From Planctomycetota bacterium (GTDB taxonomy: Bacteria > Planctomycetota > MHYJ01 > WSZJ01), in the NCBI GenBank assembly GCA_038060895.1, contig JBBTCT010000012.1:62200-126199 (forward strand): 64,000 bases of DNA. The letters are read 5' to 3'. The position numbers and the translations under genes were made by a program. This document shows, one piece after another, positions 55,637-64,000 of the stretch; within the stretch, counting starts at the first letter, position 1; each line of letters begins with the position of its first letter. The notes beneath the pieces were generated by a model, which was not told where the DNA came from, ran no database searches, and worked only from the letters and a program-made list of their open reading frames with translations.

Positions 55637-58396
55637 CTACTTTCGAGGAATGCGATACACGCGCACTTCGCCACCTGGCATGACCAGCGCAAACTCATTT
55701 GGCTTTGGCCCCGGAACCGCGGCAACCGGTCGACCGCCCAGGACCGGGAAGACCGCTTTTTCGTAGACCCTTCCTTCGCTCGTGTCGAAAACCCGCGCTT
55801 CCTTTTCGCCGGCGGCGATCAAGGTGCCGTCGCGGGTGAACGTCAGGAGGGGCTCGGCGAGGTCCTCAGCGAAGCGGCGGACGTGAGAGAGATCGGGGCC
55901 GTCGAAAACGAGCGCGCCACCCGCTTCAAAGGCCGCAGCAATCATGGAGCGGTCGGGGAGCGATGCCGCGGAGAGAGCCAGGATGTTTGAAGGGAGATCA
56001 ACGGTGGCGACGGCGCCGTCGCGGCCGAGGCGGGCCAGGCGCGGGCCGAGGGCGGCGAAGAGGTTCAGGCGCTGGGCGACGCTCGGGATCGGGGCGAAGG
56101 TGCGAAGCGATTCGCCCTCGGGAAGCGCTTCCTCGAGTTGTGGAAGCGGGTAGATCGCGGAGATGGCCCCCTGCTGGGTGTAGGCCCAGGCGACGAGTCG
56201 GTCGAGATGTTCGCGGACGACCCAGACGGTGCCGAGGTCGGCGACGGCGGCGCCGAGGACTTCATCGGGGAACCACGGCGGGGTGCCGGCGGGGGTGACG
56301 TGGGGGATGGCGTCGTTGCGGGGGAAGTTCATGAGTTCGAGGCGCGGCCCTGGCGATCCCGCGAACAGCACCGGCCGGGTCGCGTCCAGCCCCGGCTCGA
56401 GGATGTGCGGGTAATTGAACGCCGGCATCCATGTGAGTGTCTGCACCGTCTCGCTCCATGGGGTCCGCGCCAGGACGGCGCCGCCTCCGCCGAAACCGGC
56501 GACGTAAAGGAGGTCACGCCTGGCGGAGGCGGTTTCCCAGAGGATGTCGCCCGGCAGCTGGATCTGGTAGGCGAGGATGGGCGTCCACTCCGTCTCGCGC
56601 GGCTTCGGTGGAAGCAGGACGGTTGCCGCTCTGCGGCGGCGCGGAAAACGGTCGATGTCGCGGGCCAGGAGGCGGTCGTCGGGGGCGGTGCGCGCGACGG
56701 CTCGGAGAAGCTCCTGCGCATCGGAGGCATCCGCCGACGGCAGAAGCCGGCCGGCCACGACGCGAGCGGCGTCGGCAGCGCGAGAGCGGATCGAGCGGTC
56801 GGGGTAAACGGCGGAGGCGGCGGCCAGCGAACGGGCAAGAAGGATGGCGCGCGACGAAGGGAGACTCTCGCGAAGAAAGCGACCGAGGAGCTGGCGCATG
56901 GCGTCGTGGCGCCCGAGCCCGCCGAGGAGCTCGAAGCGCGCCTCGAGACACGGCCCCGCCTGGTGAGACCACGGCCACGTCGATTCGAAGAGCGCCAGCG
57001 CTTCATCGTCGGCCGAGAGCTTCCCGACGAGCAGCTTGCCGGCCGCCAGGGCGTCCCCCCGATCCTGGTGTTTTTTCACGGCCTTGCGCCACATGGCCGC
57101 CGCGTCTTCGGGCCGCTCGATTTTTGCGAAGAGATCACCGGCGGTTTCGTGGTGACCCTCCTCGTCGTAAATCGAGATGGCCTCCAGGAGGAGACCGCCC
57201 TTTTCGAGGCAGGCCGCCGCCTGCATCGGCTGCTTCAGCTTTTCGCGATAGAGGACCGCCGCTTCCCGGTAGTGCCGCCCTTCCGTCAGCGCGTCCGCCG
57301 CCGCGCGGAAATCGCCGAGGAGTTCAGCGAAGATATACGCGGCGCGCCGGTGGCGGCCGAGGCGAAGCTCCCGGACTGCGAGTTCCCTGTACCGGGCCAC
57401 GAGTTCCTGTTGAGTCTTCCAGTCCATCGACCAGGAGTCGGCCGGGCGGCCGCCGCCGAGGCGGGAAAGGGAGAAGTCGACGTTGCGTGGGCCGAGCGAG
57501 GAACCGGGGACGGCGATCCCGCGCGCTCCTTCGCCCCCGAAAGGGATAGCGAACTTGAGGCCGGCGTCGGGGTCGGTCGCGAGGAGGTGCATGAGACGGC
57601 GGATTTCCTTTTCGCGCGCCTTCTGGATTTCCGCGGCCCATTTCTGCAGCTTGTCGGCGGACCAGTTGCGGAGGCGGTCCACCCAATTCGACTCGGCGCC
57701 CTTGGCGCCTCGCTCATGACGGGGCCCGGTCTCCGCTCCTTTTGCCAACCTGTCGATGGCTTCGGCCAGCTTGCGGCTCATCCAGCTTGCGGCTTGACCC
57801 AGCGCGCCGGGTTCACCCGGAGCGGGAGGGAGCTCGCCCGGCTTGCGCGACCCGATGTCCCCTCGCCCCTCGGCCATGATCCGCTCCAGCCGCGGCGGGT
57901 CCTCGGGCTCGACCGCGAGCAGACGCGGCGCCGGAGGAACGCCCGGGCGCGCTTTCGACCAGTCCGACGGCCGCTCCTCCGGCGGCGCGAGAAGATCAGC
58001 GACGCGGCGCGCGCTCCCCTCCCCGAACGCGACGAGGCCGACGCCTGGATGAAGAGCCATCGCTTCGCCTGGCAATTTCCCGGCTTCTGCTTCCGAAATC
58101 GGCGTCTCGAGCCGCGCACGGCAGGGCAGCCACAGTTTGCCCCCGAGGCAGGCCCACGGCTCGGCGCGCGGACTGGTCTGCGGCCGGCGACCGGCGGGAA
58201 GCGTCACGAGCGCGCCGCAGGGACGGAGATCGCCGGGATCTCGAGGGACGAGGCGAAGCGTCGCTTTCTCGAGCGGTACGTCCCACGATCCCATCTCGTC
58301 GAGCCACGCGTCGGGCCCTGCTCCGGGCACGAACCAGCCGGAGGCCTCGCGTTCGGAAGCGTCGGCCGGAAGGATCGCGAGAGGGAATCGGATCAA
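55637..58396 (-). CDS. MoxR-vWA-beta-propeller system component (bpX3-like, TPR + propeller)
   Basis: RLMHLLATDPDAGLKFAIP, HRRAAYIFAELLGD, TPR-like helices, beta-rich C-terminus; TTGA overlap with the upstream stop. Confidence 0.75.
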   Translation of the reverse strand: MIRFPLAILPADASEREASGWFVPGAGPDAWLDEMGSWDVPLEKATLRLVPRDPGDLRPCGALVTLPAGRRPQTSPRAEPWACLGGKLWLPCRARLETPISEAEAGKLPGEAMALHPGVGLVAFGEGSARRVADLLAPPEERPSDWSKARPGVPPAPRLLAVEPEDPPRLERIMAEGRGDIGSRKPGELPPAPGEPGALGQAASWMSRKLAEAIDRLAKGAETGPRHERGAKGAESNWVDRLRNWSADKLQKWAAEIQKAREKEIRRLMHLLATDPDAGLKFAIPFGGEGARGIAVPGSSLGPRNVDFSLSRLGGGRPADSWSMDWKTQQELVARYRELAVRELRLGRHRRAAYIFAELLGDFRAAADALTEGRHYREAAVLYREKLKQPMQAAACLEKGGLLLEAISIYDEEGHHETAGDLFAKIERPEDAAAMWRKAVKKHQDRGDALAAGKLLVGKLSADDEALALFESTWPWSHQAGPCLEARFELLGGLGRHDAMRQLLGRFLRESLPSSRAILLARSLAAASAVYPDRSIRSRAADAARVVAGRLLPSADASDAQELLRAVARTAPDDRLLARDIDRFPRRRRAATVLLPPKPRETEWTPILAYQIQLPGDILWETASARRDLLYVAGFGGGGAVLARTPWSETVQTLTWMPAFNYPHILEPGLDATRPVLFAGSPGPRLELMNFPRNDAIPHVTPAGTPPWFPDEVLGAAVADLGTVWVVREHLDRLVAWAYTQQGAISAIYPLPQLEEALPEGESLRTFAPIPSVAQRLNLFAALGPRLARLGRDGAVATVDLPSNILALSAASLPDRSMIAAAFEAGGALVFDGPDLSHVRRFAEDLAEPLLTFTRDGTLIAAGEKEARVFDTSEGRVYEKAVFPVLGGRPVAAVPGPKPNEFALVMPGGEVRVYRIPRK

Positions 58397-61119
58397 CCGA
58401 GTTCCTCCACGAATCGCGCGATCGCGGAGAACACCGGCGCCGGTTCCGAATTCGCGCGGTCCCCGGTGAAATACCGCGGGCCGCACAGTTTTCCTTCCGA
58501 AGTCCACCCCGCGAGCGCGCCCTCGTCCGTCAGCACGAGCGCCACCTCCGGCAACCGGTTGTCGCCGCTTCTCAGGTGAAGCAGCCCGCGCGTGTCGGTC
58601 CAGGCGCGGCTCCCGTTGTTCCAGGAGGCGACCTTGAGGCCGTACCGTGCGCCTCGTGGCGGGGACGAATTGCAGAACGGAACGCCGATCAAGGCGCCGG
58701 TCCCGGCGCGCGCCCGCAGGGACATGCCCTTGCCATCGGGCAGGAGCGCAATCTCACGGGCCGGCCCGGCGGACGGGATGAGAACGAGGTGCCCCGCTTC
58801 CACACCGATCGCTGCAAACTTGTGACGGACGCTTCGGCGCGAAAGCGCGGCGACGGCGGGTTCCAGGGCGAGCAGGGGGTCGCCGTAAACCTCGGAAGCG
58901 GCGTTCTTCTCGAGGTTGAGAACGACGTGACGGCGGGAAGCCGCGCCCGCGCCGCGCAGCGCAACCCGGTGGCCGTCCCGGGAAACACCGGCGACGGCGC
59001 CTGCCGCCGTGAGTGCCGACTTCATGGAAATCGCTTCGCCGCCCGCGAGATTCACGACGCCTCCGCTGGCGGTCACGCCCCACGGCCCGTCTACGCTTCG
59101 CCGGTCGAAGACTTCCAGGAACCCCGCGCTGAGCGGCGCTTTCGGGACACGCGTGATCGCCGCCGAGCGCCCGTCGAACGCGACGCAGGCCCAGCCGCCG
59201 TTGTCGAAGAAATAACGGCCATGGCCCCACGAAGCGCCGTGCTCGATCGGGAAGACTTCGCGCAATTCGCCGGAACGGATGTCGAAGACGTCGAGCTTGC
59301 GGGAGTACGCGAGAACGAGAGCCTCCTGGTGCCGGAATACCGCCGCGGGCGGGTAGCCGGTCGCCGCCAGCCGCGCGACGGTGCAGCGCCCGGTTGCGAG
59401 CTCGGCCGTGACGAGATGAAGCGCGGCCCGGCTTGATCCGAGGAGCGCGAAGGCGAGCCCTTCGTCCTCGACCGCGATCCAGTGAAGAACGCCGCGCGGA
59501 AGCGCCGCGGTGAGCTGGCGTGCGGCGGTGTCCTTGTGCGCCCAGTGCATGAGCCGGCCGTCGCGGGTCATGGAAACGACACCGAGCTCCGCGTGAGGCG
59601 CGGCGCGCCGAGGCTCGACCTCGTGCGGCAGCAGGAACGGGAACGGTTCGACCGCGAGAATCACCGGCTGCGCCACGTCGCGCTCCGGCCCCACGAGAGG
59701 CACGCCGCGCAGTTCCGGCCGCGGGGGCGCGAGGATCGCATCCAGCGAAAGCGCCGCTTCCTTCAGCAGCCTGCGGCCTCGCCGGGTCACCGACCACATC
59801 CGGTACTTGCCGTCCGCTCCGACGGTGGCCACGTCGAGCGTGCGATCGTCGAGCTTCGACAAGGCCGAGGGGAAGCCCGGATCGTGAAGGACGTCTTCGT
59901 GCGTCACCAGAATCGCGTCCAGTGGCCCGTCAATCGCCGCGGTGCGGTCGAGGAACCTGGCCAGCGCTTCCGCCGGGACAGGGTCGGGCTGAAGCGTCTC
60001 GAGGAGCGAGACGAGGCCGTCGCGCGAAGTCAGGTCGACCGCTTCGATTCCGCCTTCCGACGCCCGGAATGCGGAGATGCTTGTGAAGCGGTCGGCGGTT
60101 GCGGCGAGGGCGAGCGAGACGGCGGCGCCGAAAACGCGAGGGACGCCCCACATGCGGATGCCGGCATCGACCAGGATCGCGCGGCGGCCCGGGAGATTTC
60201 GTGGCGGCTGTTCCCGCCGGAGGTAGAGCGCCTCATTCAGCGCGATCCGCGTTGCCAGCGTCAGCTCGTCGTGCGCAAGTTCGCTGACCAGCAGCCGGTC
60301 GAGCGGGCCGCGGTTCGCAATGTCCGAAACGCCCCCCAGCGGCAGCTCCTCCGGGTCCGAAACGCGCCGCGGAACGTGGACGGCGGCCATCAGGTCCGCC
60401 GCGAGCCGCGCGATCCCGGAGAGCTCCCGGTCCTCGCGCAAATCCGCGATCAGCCGCCTCACCTCCTCCGCCGCCACTTCGTCCGGCACGGGCGCCGCCG
60501 AGGGAAGCCGCTCTAGCCCCGTCCGCATCCGCAGTTCGATCGACTCGTTCGACACCCTGGCGAGTCCCTGCCGCAGCACGGCGAGGTCCTGGAGGAAACG
60601 GAACACGAGCCATTTCGAGATCGTTTCAGCCTCGCGCGTGTCCGGAAGCGCTCCCTCCGAAACGGCCCTCAGGATCGCTTCCCCTTCCTCCACCGAACCC
60701 CGTCCTTCGGCGCCGTCGAAGACCATCGCCGCGATCAGGGCTTTCGCGTCAGCGCCGGTGCGCAGCTCGATGCGGAGGCGGTTGACGCGGTCCAGCGAGT
60801 CGAGCACGTCCTTCAGCCACGCCGGGGGAAAACGCCCGTCGAGCGAGCCGACTTTTTCCAGTGTCGCGACGTGCGCCTCGATGGCCGGCCGTCCCGCTTC
60901 TTTCCACAAGGGCCGGCACGCGGAGATCAGGAGGACAAGCGCCCCGAACGGAGGCAGCCCGCCGGGCGCCAGTTTCCCGAGCGCGTAGGCGACCTCTTCA
61001 CGGAAAGCAATCGTGGACCCGTCCGCCCACACGGCCACCCGCGCGTTGTCTGTCCACTTCCAGAAGGCCAGCGACGGCGGCGTCAGGTAGGCGCGGGCCA
61101 GCGAATGAGGGTCACGCAT
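58393..61119 (-). CDS. MoxR-vWA-beta-propeller system component (bpX0/vWA/bpX1-like)
   Basis: FWKW..VWADGSTIAFREE, LGGVSDIANRGPLDRLLVSELA, NEALYLRRE, degenerate vWA ILVDAGIRMWG, beta-propeller C-terminus. Confidence 0.78.
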   Translation of the reverse strand: MRDPHSLARAYLTPPSLAFWKWTDNARVAVWADGSTIAFREEVAYALGKLAPGGLPPFGALVLLISACRPLWKEAGRPAIEAHVATLEKVGSLDGRFPPAWLKDVLDSLDRVNRLRIELRTGADAKALIAAMVFDGAEGRGSVEEGEAILRAVSEGALPDTREAETISKWLVFRFLQDLAVLRQGLARVSNESIELRMRTGLERLPSAAPVPDEVAAEEVRRLIADLREDRELSGIARLAADLMAAVHVPRRVSDPEELPLGGVSDIANRGPLDRLLVSELAHDELTLATRIALNEALYLRREQPPRNLPGRRAILVDAGIRMWGVPRVFGAAVSLALAATADRFTSISAFRASEGGIEAVDLTSRDGLVSLLETLQPDPVPAEALARFLDRTAAIDGPLDAILVTHEDVLHDPGFPSALSKLDDRTLDVATVGADGKYRMWSVTRRGRRLLKEAALSLDAILAPPRPELRGVPLVGPERDVAQPVILAVEPFPFLLPHEVEPRRAAPHAELGVVSMTRDGRLMHWAHKDTAARQLTAALPRGVLHWIAVEDEGLAFALLGSSRAALHLVTAELATGRCTVARLAATGYPPAAVFRHQEALVLAYSRKLDVFDIRSGELREVFPIEHGASWGHGRYFFDNGGWACVAFDGRSAAITRVPKAPLSAGFLEVFDRRSVDGPWGVTASGGVVNLAGGEAISMKSALTAAGAVAGVSRDGHRVALRGAGAASRRHVVLNLEKNAASEVYGDPLLALEPAVAALSRRSVRHKFAAIGVEAGHLVLIPSAGPAREIALLPDGKGMSLRARAGTGALIGVPFCNSSPPRGARYGLKVASWNNGSRAWTDTRGLLHLRSGDNRLPEVALVLTDEGALAGWTSEGKLCGPRYFTGDRANSEPAPVFSAIARFVEELG

Positions 61120-61831
61120 GGCCGGCCGTCGCCCGCGCGGCCGACCGGCTGGCGCGCACGAAGGCGGCTGCCGGGACGCGCTCGAAGGAGCCATCGGTGT
61201 TGAAGAGGGCGAGGTCGCCGTCGGCGAGGGCGAGGCGCTCGCGCCAGGCGGCGGCGCCGGCGGCGGGGAGAAGGGCCCACCCGCAGGGGACGGCAATGCC
61301 TCCGTCCTCGGAGCAGGGGACGCCTGCGAGGGCGGGAAGGGGCTCTCCGCGCACCAGGGCTTCCCCGGCGGATGCGGCGAACGCGAGCGGACGGAGGCGG
61401 GCGTTGGAGGAAGCCTGGGCCCACCGGATGAAGGCTTCGAGGGAAAGGCGCAGCAGGTTTGCGGGGCGCTCCTCGACGGACCGCTCGAGGCGCGGCTTGA
61501 CGCGCTGCGTCAATTCCGCCGGGAGCGACCCGGCCTGGGGCGCGGCCAGCGCCCACGCCGCGGCGGCCACCCACGGCCCCTCGGGCAGCTTCCCCCCCGG
61601 CACGCGCTTCCCCGGCTCGCGCAGCACGCCTCCGGGCAGCACGTCGTACCGGTCCGCGCCGGGCAGCCGCCGCAGCTCCAGCGCCAGCTCTTCCCCGCCA
61701 TCCGGCCCTTTCAGCCAGAGATCCGCGCCCCTTTCGCACGCCTCGATCCCGCTCCTCAACCGCAACACGGCCGCTCCGCCGGCGCGAGAGGCGTCAAGCC
61801 GTACGGCCCAGGAACACGAAGGCTGCGTCAA
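61112..61831 (-). CDS. MoxR-vWA-beta-propeller system component (bpX2-like)
   Basis: TTG after GGAG; LRLRSGIE..LWLKG, RLRPLAFAAS..ALVRGEPLP, FVRASRSAARAT. Confidence 0.72.
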   Translation of the reverse strand: MTQPSCSWAVRLDASRAGGAAVLRLRSGIEACERGADLWLKGPDGGEELALELRRLPGADRYDVLPGGVLREPGKRVPGGKLPEGPWVAAAAWALAAPQAGSLPAELTQRVKPRLERSVEERPANLLRLSLEAFIRWAQASSNARLRPLAFAASAGEALVRGEPLPALAGVPCSEDGGIAVPCGWALLPAAGAAAWRERLALADGDLALFNTDGSFERVPAAAFVRASRSAARATAGHA

Positions 61832-61850
61832 TCGACCGCTCCTGCCGGGT

Positions 61851-62990
61851 TCAGCGACCGGCCTTTGCCCAAAGGGCATCCACCTTCTCGCCCAGGAACC
61901 CGCGGGCCGACGCATCGCCGACCCACTGGACGCGAGCCGCGAGCGCCGCCAGCCGGTCGCGCGCCGCGGCGCGGTCGGAAGCGGCCAGCTGCGCGTCCGA
62001 AAGACGTTTTTCCACCGCTTCCAGATCCCGCGCCAGGGCCTCCGGGTCGGGCGCCGCGCCGCCGCGCGCCCTCGGGTGCGCGTCGGGCTCCTCTCCCGCC
62101 TTCCCGATCGCCTCCGCCACCTGGGCCGCCAGGACTTCGCGCTGCTCCTCGGTATCCCAGATATGCCGGAACACCCAGAGGTCGCTCACGACCGCCTTCT
62201 GCCGTCCGCAGAGAATCGCGCTCGCGGCCACGAGACGCTGCAGCTTTACGGCCCGGCGGTCGCTGATCGCGATCCCCGCCTTGCGCAGGCGCGCGACGAG
62301 GTCGATATGGGCCGCGCGGACCGCCGAGAGGTCCACCTGGGGCAGAAGCGCATGGAGCCGGTGAATCTCGCCGACGCCCACGCTCGCCCGGTCCATCTCG
62401 ATCTGCAGGTCGAGCTTCCACCCCGCCTCGAGAACCTCGCCCAGCCGCTCCCCCGGCACGTTGTCGCACCGCACTCGCATCAGGAAGCGGTCGAAGAGGG
62501 CGCCCAGCGAATCGTCTTCCGGTAGCCTGTTGGAAGCGCCGACGACCATCATCACCGGCAGCGGGCGCGACTCGCGCCCGCGGCGGAACATGCGCTCGTT
62601 CAGCGCCGTGAGGAGCGAGTTCAGGATCGCGGAGTTCGCATTCAGCAGCTCGTCGAGAAACACGAAGTCCGCTTCGGGCATCATCCCCTCGGTATTCGTG
62701 CTCAGCTCGCCTTCGCGCAGCTTACGGATATCGAACGGTCCGAACAGTTCGTTCGGCTCGGTGAAGCGCGTCAGCAGGTACTCGAACGTCTTCCCATCAA
62801 GCCGCCGGCCGAGCTCGTGCACAAGCGCCGACTTTGCGGTCCCGGGCGGCCCGAGCAGGAACAGGTTTTCTCCCGCGACCAGGCACACGCCCATCAGGTC
62901 CACGATCTCGTCCTTCCCGATGAAGACCTTTTTCATCGGCTCGAGGACGTCGCCCACCAGTTTTTTCCCCACGCTCACGTTGTCGCTCAC
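61851..62990 (-). CDS. MoxR/RavA-family AAA+ ATPase
   Basis: GPPGTAKS, YLLTRFTEPNELFGP, FLDEL, ASNRLP, ALFDRF, SDRR; GTGA overlap. Confidence 0.92.
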   Translation of the reverse strand: MSDNVSVGKKLVGDVLEPMKKVFIGKDEIVDLMGVCLVAGENLFLLGPPGTAKSALVHELGRRLDGKTFEYLLTRFTEPNELFGPFDIRKLREGELSTNTEGMMPEADFVFLDELLNANSAILNSLLTALNERMFRRGRESRPLPVMMVVGASNRLPEDDSLGALFDRFLMRVRCDNVPGERLGEVLEAGWKLDLQIEMDRASVGVGEIHRLHALLPQVDLSAVRAAHIDLVARLRKAGIAISDRRAVKLQRLVAASAILCGRQKAVVSDLWVFRHIWDTEEQREVLAAQVAEAIGKAGEEPDAHPRARGGAAPDPEALARDLEAVEKRLSDAQLAASDRAAARDRLAALAARVQWVGDASARGFLGEKVDALWAKAGR

Positions 62991-63619
62991 GCCGTCGCCT
63001 CCACCGCCCGCGCCACTTCGCTGCACAGCTCCGGGTGCGCTCCCAGCGCTTCGCGCACCGCTTCACGCACTCGCGGGTCCGCGAGCCGCGACAGGTCGCG
63101 CCTCTCGAGAATGCGGTCCGCGTACATCCGGAGCAACGCGGGATGCTCCCCCGCAATTCCAGGTGCGACGCCCTCGATCCCGCGCACGCCGACCGACGAC
63201 AGCGGCCAGGCACGACACAGCGCCAGCAGCGATTCGACAAGCGGGTCGCCTTCCGAAACTCCGCGCGCAAGGCCGACGAGGTCTGGGAGCACGTGAAGCG
63301 CGAGATCGGCGGACCAGGCGGCCGCGGCAGCGTCATGCGTCGCGGGCGCAGGCGTGGCCACCAGTTTTTTCACGACCTCCGCGTCCAGCTCGCGGAACAG
63401 GAGCGCCTGCGAAGCGCCGTAGACCACCCCCGCGGCCCAGAGCGCCGCCGACTCCTGAAGCACCGGCGCATTCGGCGGAGCTTCGCTTCGCGCGTCCCCG
63501 TCCATCGCCCGAAGCACCCCGAGCGCCTCAGCCAGTTCCTGTGGCGCCACCGGCCTCGGCAGGGCGACCCTGGCACGGCCCTGCTCGCGGAGAGAGTTCA
63601 GGAAAGCGGGAAGCGACAT
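62987..63619 (-). CDS. MoxR-vWA-beta-propeller system component (bpX4-like)
   Basis: FLNSLREQG, SADLALHVLPD, WPLSSVG, LLRMYADRI; first gene of the operon. Confidence 0.75.
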   Translation of the reverse strand: MSLPAFLNSLREQGRARVALPRPVAPQELAEALGVLRAMDGDARSEAPPNAPVLQESAALWAAGVVYGASQALLFRELDAEVVKKLVATPAPATHDAAAAAWSADLALHVLPDLVGLARGVSEGDPLVESLLALCRAWPLSSVGVRGIEGVAPGIAGEHPALLRMYADRILERRDLSRLADPRVREAVREALGAHPELCSEVARAVEATA

Positions 63620-63722
63620 GGCTGAATCGTAGCAGATTCGGGGAGCGGACGGACGGGCGTGCGGCCCGCAATGGACGCGGGAATTCGAACTTTCGGCGCG
63701 CCGGCAACGATGAACTCTCGTC

Positions 63723-63751
63723 TTGCCGTTGCCTGCCGACTTCACTAGGAT
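63723..63751 (+). promoter_or_regulatory. sigma70-type promoter of tRNA-Pro
   Basis: TTGCCG-N17-TAGGAT ending 12 nt before the tRNA. Confidence 0.55.
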
Positions 63752-63763
63752 CACCGCCGTAAA

Positions 63764-63841
63764 CGGGGCGTGGCGCAGCCTGGCTAGCGCGCTTGCTTGG
63801 GGTGCAAGAGGTCGCAGGTTCAAATCCTGTCGCCCCGACCA
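63764..63841 (+). tRNA. tRNA-Pro(GGG)
   Basis: Acceptor CGGGGCG/CGCCCCG, anticodon arm CTTGC-TTGGGGT-GCAAG, T-loop GGTTCAAATCC, encoded CCA. Confidence 0.96.
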
Positions 63842-63913
63842 TACTTAAGTTTAGCTGAAGCCTGTACTTAGGGCTACCTTCGCGACGTGCGAAGAGCGGC
63901 ATAACCGAGGCGC

Positions 63914-63936
63914 TTTGCGTATCACTGATACGCAAA
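63914..63936. other. perfect 23-bp palindrome downstream of the tRNA
   Basis: TTTGCGTATCA-C-TGATACGCAAA. Confidence 0.6.
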
Positions 63937-64000
63937 AGCTTCGGAGGCCGCCCGCATGGAGCGCACAGACCCCCCCGGTTTACGCCGTCAACCCCGCCCG

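Noticed and set aside
1924-63935. Numerous long overlapping or antisense ORFs (e.g. 7768-9282, 21661-23244, 41222-42622, 56138-58579)
   Set aside because: Arg/Pro/Ala-rich or mirror-frame products expected in high-GC DNA; each overlaps a motif-supported gene.

Overview
GC-rich bacterial chromosome segment, probably Planctomycetota-like (inferred from the VIT/vWA, squalene-cyclase-repeat, Hanks kinase and FHA genes and the short-unit inverted repeats). Most of it is core or accessory metabolism: partial hemL, mgtE, pyruvate kinase, mazG, a lipA-E1a-E1b-E2-E1a...E3 2-oxoacid dehydrogenase cluster, lipB, a CbiX-like gene, a PduO-type gene and tRNA-Pro(GGG). It also carries secreted vWA proteins, peptidases and a complete five-gene MoxR-vWA-beta-propeller (bpX) conflict system beside the tRNA. 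The most striking signal is at 2056-4185, where the ORF track truncates a secreted VIT-vWA gene. The likely true start (ATG 2056) encodes a clean signal peptide followed by an in-frame TGA at the predicted first residue of the mature protein, then a SECIS-like hairpin. This makes it a candidate new exported selenoprotein, or a recoding switch. Also notable: a 2181-aa kinase with two tandem STAND-ATPase/TPR modules inside the dehydrogenase cluster, two E1-alpha paralogs sharing one beta, an active/dead metalloprotease pair, sigma28, sigma54 and ECF promoter motifs, and several long intergenic hairpins built from 6-10-nt units. All calls come from reading the sequence; no database searches were run.
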